Below, in pieces: positions 1 through 10,155 of a stretch of 64,000 bases of DNA. Under the pieces are notes generated by a model. It did no database searches, was not told where the DNA came from, and was given only the letters and a program-made list of their open reading frames with translations. The position numbers were made by a program, and so were the translations under genes. Origin of the DNA: Puniceicoccaceae bacterium (GTDB taxonomy: Bacteria; Verrucomicrobiota; Verrucomicrobiia; Opitutales; Oceanipulchritudinaceae). The stretch is from the NCBI GenBank assembly GCA_040830765.1, contig JBFOMH010000021.1, forward strand, positions 98,716 to 162,715. The letters run 5' to 3'. Within the stretch, counting starts at the first letter, position 1. Every line of letters starts with the position of its first letter.

Positions 1-1345
1 GGGAGGTGCGGTATTCAAGGGCCAGCTTGCCTCCCCATGGCTGGTCACTGCTTTTCAGGCGGACGCCATAGTCATTCGAATAATCGATGGAGACGTCCTC
101 CAGACGTCCCGCGAGGGTCAGTCCAATAGCATCACCAATTTGCACCCGGGCTTGGGCGTAGGCGGCGGTGGTTTCCATGGCATAAAGACTGTTAACCCCG
201 AAATACACCTGTTCTTCCTCGAAGTCGCGGTGATAGAGACCGGCAGCCCACTTGGTAAAGAGTTGGTCCTCATCCTGATAGCCGCGGGAGGTAGCCCGCA
301 GGTCGTGGCTCCAGACGGTCCGGGTTCTTTCAGTGACGTCAGTGCCCCAGTAGACCACGGGCCCATAGAGCTCCATCAGTTCCTCCGGGTTGCTCCAATC
401 CCAGTCGAAGCTGTAGAGGAGGTCGCTGTCCGAAACGGAAGCGCTGTAGCTGATGTCGACGGATTCAGTGGCCTGCCATTTCGCTCGAAGACCTGCTGCT
501 TTTGTTTCCTGACTGTCCATGCCCGGTTCATCGGTTGTCGTGATAAAACTGTTGTTGGTCAGGGACCAGGCGTCGTAGCCGTTCTGGAAATCGAAGTAAA
601 GCAGGGTCAGGTCGATTTCAAGCGGGGAGGAAGGATCCCAGTTTAGCTTGAGCCGGGCGGTCTTCTCATCACGCTCGTTAGTATCATCCCGTCCAAGGAA
701 GCGATTTTCCCTGTAACCATTATCCTGATACATTTGTGCGGAGATGCGGTAGGAGAGGGAACTGTCCCCGGTGCCGTCGAGGCTCCCACCGGCAGCGGCC
801 CCGAGGGAAAAAAGGTCATGGTCACCGACCGACATTTCCAGTTTTCCATTCGTCGTGGCCGAAGGGGCTGTAGTCTCCACAAGGATTAGACCGGCCAGCG
901 CGTTGGCGCCGAATGCAGCCGCCTGGGGTCCCCGCAGGACCTCCACACGTTCAACATCGAGGAGGCCGGCGACACCCCCAATGCCAGTCATGTCGATGCC
1001 GTCGACGATCACACCCACGCTGGAGGCGGGGATTTCATTGCCAAACTGGCTGCTTTCCCCAATGCCGCGGATCTGGAAGAAGCGCGGTCTCGAGGTGCCT
1101 CCCGCCCAATTGAGGTTTGGCAGTTGCCCAAGAAGGTCTTCCAGGTGCCCGGCCCCGTTCAAGCCGGTATCCTCCACCTGGATGATGCTGGCACTGGCCG
1201 GCAATTGCTCAATGGGCCCCTGCAGGAGATCACCTCGTACGATCAGGGGATCGAGTTCGTAGACCTCGGATTCGTTCGCCGCGGAAAGGTTGGTCAAAAG
1301 CAACGCCGCAAGGGCGCTGGCCGGGATGATTTTCTGGATGGTCAT
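1..1345 (-). CDS. TonB-dependent receptor, N-terminal part (runs off window edge); probable thiamine/precursor uptake
   Basis: Not in the ORF track. Manual translation from ATG at 1345 gives MTIQKIIPASALAALLLTNLSAANESEVYELDPLIVRG...LPNLNWAGGTSRPRFFQIRGIG...VGVIVDGID...DVERVEVLRGPQAAAFGANALAGLI, i.e. signal peptide plus a typical plug domain; lies downstream of a TPP riboswitch. Confidence 0.9.
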   Translation of the reverse strand, partial: MTIQKIIPASALAALLLTNLSAANESEVYELDPLIVRGDLLQGPIEQLPASASIIQVEDTGLNGAGHLEDLLGQLPNLNWAGGTSRPRFFQIRGIGESSQFGNEIPASSVGVIVDGIDMTGIGGVAGLLDVERVEVLRGPQAAAFGANALAGLILVETTAPSATTNGKLEMSVGDHDLFSLGAAAGGSLDGTGDSSLSYRISAQMYQDNGYRENRFLGRDDTNERDEKTARLKLNWDPSSPLEIDLTLLYFDFQNGYDAWSLTNNSFITTTDEPGMDSQETKAAGLRAKWQATESVDISYSASVSDSDLLYSFDWDWSNPEELMELYGPVVYWGTDVTERTRTVWSHDLRATSRGYQDEDQLFTKWAAGLYHRDFEEEQVYFGVNSLYAMETTAAYAQARVQIGDAIGLTLAGRLEDVSIDYSNDYGVRLKSSDQPWGGKLALEYRTS

Positions 1346-1409
1346 GTTCTGTTTGCTGAGTTGCGCCGCATCCGGGTGGGGCGGGAAGCACGCTTCAAAC
1401 GTGACACGA

Positions 1410-1515
1410 CCTCCTTCCCTACGCCGGTGCGAACCGGATCAGGTTCCAAGGGTTCACAGCTTGTCCCAACGTTGGAAGGGCTGTGTCTCAGACTCATTCA
1501 AGTCACCCCCAGTGA
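1410..1515 (-). ncRNA. TPP (THI-box) riboswitch
   Basis: Minus strand reads GGGGGTG...CTGAGA...(hairpin CACAGC..GCTGTG)...ACCCTTGGAACCTGATCCGGTTCGCACCGGCGTAGGGA, matching the conserved TPP aptamer elements; 5' of a transporter gene. Boundaries approximate. Confidence 0.92.
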
Positions 1516-1622
1516 TCTGCCTGAGACCATTTTGCCGGGATGGGATAGTGTCAAGGTGAAAGCCAGCGTATCGGGACGATTTGGGTTTGCCCTTTGCCAG
1601 TGAAAGCGGTTCGCTGCGCCTC

Positions 1623-2303
1623 ATGGTTTCAGTATTGCAGGTCAAGGGAGTGTTGCTGGACATGGACGGCTTGTTGCTGGATACCGAGCGCGTTGCGGAC
1701 CGTTGCTGGAGAACAGCCGAACGGGAATCCGGTTTCTCGATGCCGGACGGCTTCTACTTCACCCTCATCGGCCAATCGATGTCCAGAATTGAAGAGCGTC
1801 TGCACGAGGTCATGAACCCGGCATGCGACGTGGAGGGGTTTCTCAAGATCGCCAACCGGGTTTATGATGAAGCGATCGTGGAGGGCACAGTGCCGCTGAA
1901 GGAGGGGGCTGCTGAATTGTTGCGTTACCTTGCCGAGAGGGACATACCGCGTTGTCTGGCCACTTCCACATTCCGGAAATTGTGCGAGCACAAGCTGAGT
2001 TCAACGGGATTGGACCGCTATATTCCTGAACGGGTGACCGGGGATGCGGTCGAGCACAGCAAGCCAGCTCCTGACATTTATCTGGAGGCGGCCCGTAAAA
2101 TCAGCCTGCCACCCGGGCAACTGATGGTCCTTGAAGACAGCGAAAATGGATTGAAGTCCGCGCTGGCTGCCGGTTGTCAGGCAGTGCATATTCCGGACCT
2201 GGCTCCGGTTGCTTTGGAGATCCAGCAGCAGGCAGCACGGGTATACCGGGACCTTACTGAAGTCCTCGCGGCCTTTCAGCGGGAAGAGATCGTCATTCGC
2301 TAA
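1623..2303 (+). CDS. HAD-family phosphatase (beta-PGM/CbbY-like)
   Basis: DMDGLLLDTE motif I, KPAPDIY and EDSENG motifs; start placed at ATG 1623. Confidence 0.88.
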   Translation: MVSVLQVKGVLLDMDGLLLDTERVADRCWRTAERESGFSMPDGFYFTLIGQSMSRIEERLHEVMNPACDVEGFLKIANRVYDEAIVEGTVPLKEGAAELLRYLAERDIPRCLATSTFRKLCEHKLSSTGLDRYIPERVTGDAVEHSKPAPDIYLEAARKISLPPGQLMVLEDSENGLKSALAAGCQAVHIPDLAPVALEIQQQAARVYRDLTEVLAAFQREEIVIR

Positions 2304-2308
2304 TCACC

Positions 2309-2893
2309 TTACCAGCGGGGGGTCTCGGCCCGCTTGGCGATGAAAAAGCCGGCTCCGCCACCCAGCAGGCCGCCGATGATGTGCGCAAACTGGGCGATAT
2401 GATCCTGCTGCGAGAAGGCTCGAATAACCTCACCACCAATGAAGATGAGGCTGATGAGGATGAAAGTGAGGGGGATGGTGCCCGATTTGGCGTTGGCAAA
2501 GCTGGAAAGGACGATGAAGGCGAAAACAATGCTGCTGGCTCCCATCAGGCTGCCTGGGAAGAGCAGGACCATGACCAGGCCGGTCAGGAATGCGGTGACG
2601 GCTGCCAGGAGCAAGAGAAGTCCTGGACCGTACATTTCCTCAAGAAGGGGGCCAACCAAGAGGAGGACGGTTAGGTTGGCGAACAGGTGCTGGACGGAGG
2701 CATGGCCGAGGACGTGGAGGAAGAGCCGCGGCCAGGTAGTCCAGTCGAGCAGTCCGGCCGAACCAGGTATGGAGAAGATGTGGGCATTGGACCAGCCCTG
2801 GGATAGCATGCCAACCACGTAGACGACCATGGCCAGGAAGGCAAAGGAGAGGCAGAAAGGGGCATTATAGTCGATGCGCAGGCGTTTCTTCAT
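2309..2893 (-). CDS. Rhomboid-family intramembrane serine protease
   Basis: Hydrophobic; HVLGHAS..HLFAN, GASS catalytic Ser motif, AHIIGG catalytic His. Confidence 0.85.
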   Translation of the reverse strand: MKKRLRIDYNAPFCLSFAFLAMVVYVVGMLSQGWSNAHIFSIPGSAGLLDWTTWPRLFLHVLGHASVQHLFANLTVLLLVGPLLEEMYGPGLLLLLAAVTAFLTGLVMVLLFPGSLMGASSIVFAFIVLSSFANAKSGTIPLTFILISLIFIGGEVIRAFSQQDHIAQFAHIIGGLLGGGAGFFIAKRAETPRW

Positions 2894-2976
2894 GAATAGG
2901 ATTTATGCTGCCTCGCTATCAGCTGCAAGCATTGTGTGGTTGCACTGCCTGGAGGAATTCCCTTTAGCTGTTCACC

Positions 2977-3480
2977 ATGAGTTTGGCAAAAGAGAACCCC
3001 CAGCCAGAAGTTTCCAGCAAGGAGTTGCTGGAGCAAGTGGCCTCCCTCGTTGAGGGAAGGGACGAGCGGCCCAGTTGGGATGAGTACTTCATGAGCGTGG
3101 CCTTGCTGATCAGTCTCCGTTCAGCGTGTGATCGGCTGCAGGTTGGTTGTGTCCTGGTCACTGGTGGAGACCAGAGCAACCGCATTGTCGCTGCTGGCTA
3201 CAACGGATTTCTACCCGGGGCCCCCCACATCAGTCACGTGCGCGATGGACATGAACTGGCAACGGTCCATGCCGAGCAAAATGCCATTGCCGATGCAGCC
3301 CGCAGAGGTGTGTCCCTCCTGGGGGCGACCGCCTATGTATCCCACTTTCCCTGTATCAACTGTTCCAAGCTTCTGGCTTCGTCAGGAATCCGGCAGATAA
3401 AGTACCATTGGGACTATCGAAATGACACATTGGCGTCCGACTTGCTTGATGAAGCGGGAATAGAAGTCCATCAATTCTAG
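2977..3480 (+). CDS. dCMP deaminase family protein (ComEB-like)
   Basis: RPSWDEYFM, GYNG, HAEQNA and PCINC zinc motifs. Confidence 0.9.
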   Translation: MSLAKENPQPEVSSKELLEQVASLVEGRDERPSWDEYFMSVALLISLRSACDRLQVGCVLVTGGDQSNRIVAAGYNGFLPGAPHISHVRDGHELATVHAEQNAIADAARRGVSLLGATAYVSHFPCINCSKLLASSGIRQIKYHWDYRNDTLASDLLDEAGIEVHQF

Positions 3481-3503
3481 TCTGACAATAAAGCGTTATT
3501 ACC

Positions 3504-4064
3504 ATGGATGATTCATCGACACCGGTCCAGAGCCTGGCGGGCTGCCTCCTTGGGGCTCATCCCAGCCTCTTGGACCCGAATTTCAACCAGACCGTCGTCC
3601 TCGTCTCTGCCCACAAGCAGGAGGAGGGTGCCCTGGGTGTCATCATCAACCGGCCGACCGGGCAGTCGCTGGGATCGCTGAAGAAGGAACTGGATACGCC
3701 CCTGTTGCGGAATCTCCCGGTGTATGAAGGCGGACCGGTTGCCAATGGCGAGATTCTCCTGGCGGCTTGGAAGTGGAACCTGCAGGAGCAGAACTTTCGT
3801 CTCTTTTTTGGTCTTGAACCGGAGAAATTACAGGAGCTCATTGACGCGGACCCGACGATGGAGGCAAGGGCGTTCATGGGGTACTCCGGCTGGAGTGCGG
3901 GCCAGTTGGAAAAGGAAATAAGCCGCTCTGACTGGGCTGTCGGGTCATTCGTGCAACCACTGGGCAAACTGCCGCCCCAATCGCTCTGGCGAGGCATGCT
4001 TGATGCCGTGCGACCGGAGTGGGGAATTCTGGCTGATTTTCCGGACGACCCATCGGTCAATTAA
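3504..4064 (+). CDS. YqgE/AlgH (DUF179) family protein
   Basis: DPNF..TVVL, GALGVIINRP, GGPV, GYSGWSAGQLE motifs. Confidence 0.9.
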   Translation: MDDSSTPVQSLAGCLLGAHPSLLDPNFNQTVVLVSAHKQEEGALGVIINRPTGQSLGSLKKELDTPLLRNLPVYEGGPVANGEILLAAWKWNLQEQNFRLFFGLEPEKLQELIDADPTMEARAFMGYSGWSAGQLEKEISRSDWAVGSFVQPLGKLPPQSLWRGMLDAVRPEWGILADFPDDPSVN

Positions 4065-4174
4065 TTCGTCCAGACTGGTTAAAATTTTGTCTAAAGCCGG
4101 GAATAATCCCCCGTTCCTTGACTCCTAGGAGTATATCGGGGACCTTTGCCCTGCTTAACTTGAAAGACAATATT

Positions 4175-4624
4175 ATGAAAAAAGTATCCTTTATCGCTGT
4201 ATTGACCGGCCTCCTTTTCGGGGCGCTTTCCGCCCATGCGGGCAAGGATGGCTGGCTGACGAATTTTGACGATGCACTCGCCAAGGCCAAGGCTGAGGGC
4301 AAACATGTCCTCGTCGAATTTCATGGTTCCGACTGGTGCCCTCCGTGCATCAAGCTGAACAATGAAGTCCTGACCCAGGATGCCTTCAAGGCGCTGGCGG
4401 AGTCATCGCTGGTCCTTGTCGATGCGGATTTTCCGCGTAAGACCAAACTTCCCGAGGATCAGGTGGCCCACAACGATGCCCTGGCCCAAAAGTTTGGCGT
4501 TCGCTATTTTCCCACTGTTCTCATCATTGATGGGGACGGGAAGGTCCAAGACAAGATTGTTGGCTTTCCGGAAGGGGGTCTTGAAGGCTTCGTGAAGTTT
4601 ATCAAGACGTCGACGGATTCCTAA
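4175..4624 (+). CDS. Exported thioredoxin-family protein
   Basis: Signal peptide MKKVSF...AHA; GSDWCPPC active site; cis-Pro FPT. Confidence 0.88.
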   Translation: MKKVSFIAVLTGLLFGALSAHAGKDGWLTNFDDALAKAKAEGKHVLVEFHGSDWCPPCIKLNNEVLTQDAFKALAESSLVLVDADFPRKTKLPEDQVAHNDALAQKFGVRYFPTVLIIDGDGKVQDKIVGFPEGGLEGFVKFIKTSTDS

Positions 4625-4647
4625 GGATTAGAGATTTCCCTCCTCAC

Positions 4648-4684
4648 AAAGCCGGTGACCCTCGGGTCCCGGCTTTTTCTTTTG
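4648..4684 (+). terminator. Rho-independent terminator
   Basis: AAAGCCGG-tGACCC-tc-GGGTC-CCGGCTTT hairpin followed by a T-rich tract, just after the thioredoxin gene. Confidence 0.75.
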
Positions 4685-4732
4685 TAAACCCGGCATGTTC
4701 CTTGCTAGAAAAAGAGACTTTCATATTTCAGC

Positions 4733-6004
4733 ATGGGTAAGAAGTTCGGGTTTATATCTACACGCTTTGCCGGCACCGACGGGGTATCCCTGGAAAGTGC
4801 CAAATGGGCCAAGGTGCTCTGGGAGGACCGCCATGAGAGTTTCTGGTATTGCGGCCTCAGCGACCGCGACCCGGGGGCAACGCTTTGTATTCCTGAAGCC
4901 CACTTTGGACACCCGGAGGTGCAATGGCTGAATGAACGTATCTGGGGGCGGCGAACCCGTGAACCACTTGTTTCGAGGCGCATCCGGGACATGGCGGACT
5001 ATTTGAAGAGCACTCTCTACCAGTTTGTCGATCGGTTCCAGATTGATGTCCTGATTCCCGAGAATGCCCTGACCATCCCGATGCACCTCCCGTTGGCGGT
5101 GGCGATAACGGACTTCATGCTGGAAACAGGCATCCCGGCCATTGCCCACCACCACGACTTCTACTGGGAGCGGGTGCGATTCTCCATCAACGCCGTGCCG
5201 GACTACCTCGACAAGGCATTCCCGCCCCGTCTGCCCAATATGGCGCACACGGTCATCAACGCGGCCGCCCAGGAGCAGCTCTCCCTGCGCAAGGGAGTGG
5301 GGAGCCTCCTGATCCCGAATGTCTTTGACTTCGACCGGGCGCCTCCTCCACCGGATGACTACGCCGCCAATGTCCGCGCCGACATTGGACTGGAGGAGGA
5401 TGACATCTTTATTCTCCAGCCGACCCGGATTGTTCCCCGCAAAGGGATTGAACATGCGGTCAAGCTGGTCAGCATGCTGGACAATCCCCGGTGCAAGCTG
5501 GTCATCTCCCACGATGCGGGTGATGAAGGCTACGAATACAAGCACATGATAGAGGAATTGGCACGGGAGGAGAATGTGGATATCCGGTTTATCGGAGACC
5601 GCGTTTCGGAAGTCCGCCAGTATGATGCGGACGGACGCAAGCTCTATACCTTGTGGGACCTCTATCCGTTTGCGGACCTGGTAACCTACCCGAGTACCTA
5701 TGAGGGTTTCGGCAACGCCCTCCTGGAGGCCATCTATTTCAAGAAGCCGGTTGTCATCAACCGCTACGACATCTTCGTGGAGGATATCGAGCCCAAGGGA
5801 TTCGACCTTGCCGTGATCAATGGTTTCATGACCCGCGATGTGGCCAAAAAGGTCCAGCGCCTCCTCTCAGAACCGGAGTACCGCGAACGCGTGATGGAGC
5901 ACAACTACAAACTGGCCCGCCGTTACTACAGTCACACTACCCTGCGCCGGCACCTGCGCATGGTCATCAACTCCCTGACCGGCTGGAGTCCCTCAAGCCG
6001 TTGA
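4733..6004 (+). CDS. GT4 glycosyltransferase, mannosylglucosylglycerate(-phosphate) synthase-like
   Basis: GT-B fold with YPSTYEGFGNALLEA motif; N-terminal DGVSLE..KW..VL and HHHDFYWER, recalled from MggA/MggS-like enzymes (not verified by search). Confidence 0.75.
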   Translation: MGKKFGFISTRFAGTDGVSLESAKWAKVLWEDRHESFWYCGLSDRDPGATLCIPEAHFGHPEVQWLNERIWGRRTREPLVSRRIRDMADYLKSTLYQFVDRFQIDVLIPENALTIPMHLPLAVAITDFMLETGIPAIAHHHDFYWERVRFSINAVPDYLDKAFPPRLPNMAHTVINAAAQEQLSLRKGVGSLLIPNVFDFDRAPPPPDDYAANVRADIGLEEDDIFILQPTRIVPRKGIEHAVKLVSMLDNPRCKLVISHDAGDEGYEYKHMIEELAREENVDIRFIGDRVSEVRQYDADGRKLYTLWDLYPFADLVTYPSTYEGFGNALLEAIYFKKPVVINRYDIFVEDIEPKGFDLAVINGFMTRDVAKKVQRLLSEPEYRERVMEHNYKLARRYYSHTTLRRHLRMVINSLTGWSPSSR

Positions 6005-6010
6005 TTACCG

Positions 6011-7762
6011 ATGCTCTCTCGACTTCAAAAACAGCAGTTACAGAAGCGCCTGGGGCGCCTTTACGGTGACCAGGCCATCGAGCTGGTGGCCCGCTTCGAG
6101 GCCATGATTGGCCGTTATGGTGTCGGACTTGAGTACCCGCCTCCGGGCGACCTGTGGGACCACCGGACGACGGTCCTCATCACCTACGCTGACACTATCC
6201 GGGACGGTGAAACGAAGCCGTTGCGGGCCCTGCATACATTCCTCACCGACCATCTCAAGGGGGTCTTTTCAACAGTCCACCTGTTGCCGTTTTTTCCTTG
6301 GAGCTCGGATGATGGCTTTTCAGTCATTGACTTTCGGAAGGTCCACCCGGAATACGGCAAGTGGGAGGATGTCGAGGCTGTCGGTGAGGACTTCGAGCTC
6401 ATGTTCGATCTCGTCCTGAATCATTGTTCGCGCAAAAGCCAATGGTTCCGGGACTTCGTGACCGGGATAGCCCCCGCCCGCTGGTACTTCCTTCCCATGG
6501 ATCCGAAGACCGATCTCTCATCGGTGGTTCGCCCTCGTCCCTGGCCGTTGCTGACCAAGACGTCAACCCGGGATGGGCCGGTTCATGTCTGGACAACCTT
6601 CAGTGAGGATCAGATGGACCTCAACTGGCAGAATCCGGACGTCCTTTTCGAGTTTCTCGATATTTTATTCCTCTACTTGTCCAAGGGCTGTCGCATCTTC
6701 CGCCTGGACGCTGTCGCGTTCCTCTGGAAACAGGTCGGGACGACCTGCCTGCACCTGCCGGAGACCCATGAAATCGTAAAGCTCTTCCGTGATGTATTGT
6801 CCTGGGTCGATCCGCGAACCATCCTCCTGACAGAGACCAATGTCCCGCATGAGGAGAATATTTCCTATTTCGGGGAATGTGATGAAGCCCACATGGTCTA
6901 CAATTTCAGTCTTCCCCCACTCATTCTTCATGGGTTGCTCAAGGGCAGTTCGGCCTTGCTTGCTGAGTGGGCCCGCTCCTTGCCCGAGTTGTCACCGGAA
7001 CAGTCCTTCTTTAATTTCACGGCCTCCCATGACGGCATCGGGGTGCGGCCGTTGCAGGGCCTGGTCCCGCAAGAGGAACTGGATTGGATTATCACGGAGG
7101 TTGAATCCCGGGGTGGGCGGGTTTCCATGAAAGCCAATCCCGATGGAACCCAGAGCCCTTATGAGCTGAATATCACGTATCGTGATGTGCTTTCGGTGAA
7201 CGGTGACATGGACCTGAGCCTTGCCCGGTTTCTTCTTTCCCAAGCGATTGTCCTGGCATTCAAGGGAGTGCCAGCGATTTATATCCACAGCCTGCTGGGT
7301 ACCCCAAACGATCAGGAGGGAGTCGCCGCGACTGGCCAGAACCGCTCCATCAATCGGAAAAAGTGGGAACGTGGGGATTTGCAGCAGCAACTTGATGATC
7401 CCGACTCAGGCCAGGCCCGGATTTTCCATAAATTATCGGACTGGATCCGCATCCGCAACCAGCATCCTGCATTCCACCCGGGGGCAGCGATGGAAGTCCT
7501 CGACTTTGGAAAGGGCATCTTCGGGTTTATCCGGACCTCCCGTACTGGAGTGGAAAAAATTCTCTGCCTTTACAACATGACGGACAAGCAACAGTCCATC
7601 AGTTGGGCTGATTGTTTCCCCGGGGTACGGCAAAAGACGGAAGTCCGGGAACTCCTCGGTCGACAATCCCTCAAGGCAAAGCGGGGGAAGCTGGTCCTCA
7701 AGCCTTGTTTCGCCTACTGGTTGATGATCCGGGGCGGGCGAAAGCAGTCCGTCAAGGGATGA
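6011..7762 (+). CDS. GH13_18 sugar phosphorylase, probable glucosylglycerate phosphorylase (YcjM-like)
   Basis: RLDAV nucleophile, TETNVPH acid/base, SHDGIG, YELNITY loop; the ETN and YE.N signatures are those of the glucosylglycerate phosphorylase clade. Confidence 0.8.
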   Translation: MLSRLQKQQLQKRLGRLYGDQAIELVARFEAMIGRYGVGLEYPPPGDLWDHRTTVLITYADTIRDGETKPLRALHTFLTDHLKGVFSTVHLLPFFPWSSDDGFSVIDFRKVHPEYGKWEDVEAVGEDFELMFDLVLNHCSRKSQWFRDFVTGIAPARWYFLPMDPKTDLSSVVRPRPWPLLTKTSTRDGPVHVWTTFSEDQMDLNWQNPDVLFEFLDILFLYLSKGCRIFRLDAVAFLWKQVGTTCLHLPETHEIVKLFRDVLSWVDPRTILLTETNVPHEENISYFGECDEAHMVYNFSLPPLILHGLLKGSSALLAEWARSLPELSPEQSFFNFTASHDGIGVRPLQGLVPQEELDWIITEVESRGGRVSMKANPDGTQSPYELNITYRDVLSVNGDMDLSLARFLLSQAIVLAFKGVPAIYIHSLLGTPNDQEGVAATGQNRSINRKKWERGDLQQQLDDPDSGQARIFHKLSDWIRIRNQHPAFHPGAAMEVLDFGKGIFGFIRTSRTGVEKILCLYNMTDKQQSISWADCFPGVRQKTEVRELLGRQSLKAKRGKLVLKPCFAYWLMIRGGRKQSVKG

Positions 7763-8309
7763 TGATAAGGTCGGCCCGGCGGTCCAGTTGCATCTGATCT
7801 TCCGAGCCTTCAGTAATCGCTTCGAGGTCGCCCTTGGAGTTTGTCTCCATGCGGTCGCCCGAAATACCGACCTGGCCCAGATAGGTGACAACACTGTTGG
7901 CCCGGCGGTCACCCAGTGCCATGTTGTATTCGGTCGTCCCGCGCCAGTCGCAATGGCCTTCCACCAGCAATTTGGCGGAGGTATTGCTGTTCAGGTAATC
8001 CGCAACCTCCTGCAAGGTTCCGCGATCGGCGGGACGGACGAAAGATTGGTCGAAGTCAAAGTATACGGGCGAGAAAAGGTTTTCCAGCCGTTCTCCTGAC
8101 ATGTCGTCGCGCATTCCCAAACCAAGGGATTCGGCGCGGGCAATATCCTCCGGGCTGATCCAGTCGGCTGAATCAGAGCCGGTTCCGGAACCGCGGACAG
8201 CGGTCATGGAAGGATCCGGTGTTTGGGGCCCGCGGCAACCGGAGACAAGGATGCCGGCGATTAGGCTGATTAGGACGAAAATGCGGATGGATTTGAGAGG
8301 ATTGGCCAT
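7752..8309 (-). CDS. pal: Peptidoglycan-associated lipoprotein (Pal/OmpA family)
   Basis: Lipobox LVSGC; VYFDFD, VEGHCDWRGTTEYNMALGDRRA OmpA-C motif. Confidence 0.85.
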   Translation of the reverse strand: MANPLKSIRIFVLISLIAGILVSGCRGPQTPDPSMTAVRGSGTGSDSADWISPEDIARAESLGLGMRDDMSGERLENLFSPVYFDFDQSFVRPADRGTLQEVADYLNSNTSAKLLVEGHCDWRGTTEYNMALGDRRANSVVTYLGQVGISGDRMETNSKGDLEAITEGSEDQMQLDRRADLIIIP

Positions 8310-8376
8310 TTCTGTGAAAAGCATTTTCCCGAGTTCAAACAGAATCAAGGAAATTCGCGATGCAATGACGGTTAGA

Positions 8377-9048
8377 TTAGTTGGAGGGGGAGCTTTCTGG
8401 GCGAGTTGGGGGTTCGATGATACGGTGCTCGATGGCGAAACGGGTCAGGCTGGCGACATCGTGCAGGTCGAGCTTGCGCATCAGGTTGGTCCGGTGGTTT
8501 TCGGCTGTCTTGACACTGATGTTGAGAATGCCGGCGATTTCCTTGGTACTGTTGCTCTCGGCAATCAACTGGAGGATTTCCCGCTCGCGGGCAGTCAGGC
8601 GCTGGAGGGGAGGGACGCCACTGAAGGCGGGATTGAACATTGTCTGACGCAGGATTTCCGCCACTTCGGGGCTGAAGTAGGTGCCACCAGTGGCGACAAT
8701 TTCGAGGCCCTTCTGCAATTCGGTTAGGGGAGCTGTCTTGCCAATGAAGCCGTGGGCCCCGGCCTCCACCAATTCGCGAAGAAGGTGGGCGTCCTGGTAG
8801 CCAGAGAAAACCAGTACGTGGACATTTGGCAGGCTGCGGCGCAGGCGGCGGAGAATCTCCGTCCCGTTGAGCCCGGGAAGCATGATATCGAGGATGATGA
8901 ACTCCGGTTCGGTCTTAAGGCACTCTTCAAGGGCCTGGCGGCCGTCTCCCGACTCGGTGACAATTTCCCAGCCTTCCATGGTCCTGACGATTTGGGCGAT
9001 CATGTCGCGGACGGCGGTGTGATCTTCAATAATGGCAACCTTCTTCAT
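8377..9048 (-). CDS. NarL/LuxR-family response regulator
   Basis: Receiver (EDH, LDIMLP) plus [14 protein letters not shown]...[19 protein letters not shown]. Confidence 0.92.
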   Translation of the reverse strand: MKKVAIIEDHTAVRDMIAQIVRTMEGWEIVTESGDGRQALEECLKTEPEFIILDIMLPGLNGTEILRRLRRSLPNVHVLVFSGYQDAHLLRELVEAGAHGFIGKTAPLTELQKGLEIVATGGTYFSPEVAEILRQTMFNPAFSGVPPLQRLTAREREILQLIAESNSTKEIAGILNISVKTAENHRTNLMRKLDLHDVASLTRFAIEHRIIEPPTRPESSPSN

Positions 9049-9050
9049 GA

Positions 9051-10136
<1,086 letters not shown>

Positions 10137-10155
10137 GCCAACCTTCCGCGTCTAC

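Noticed and set aside
140..1603. Several plus-strand ORFs (168, 163, 159 aa)
   Set aside because: They are antisense shadows of the TonB-dependent receptor and riboswitch, with no motifs of their own.
1623..2303. HAD phosphatase as a thiamine-phosphate phosphatase
   Set aside because: Only adjacency supports it; the gene is divergent and not under the riboswitch.
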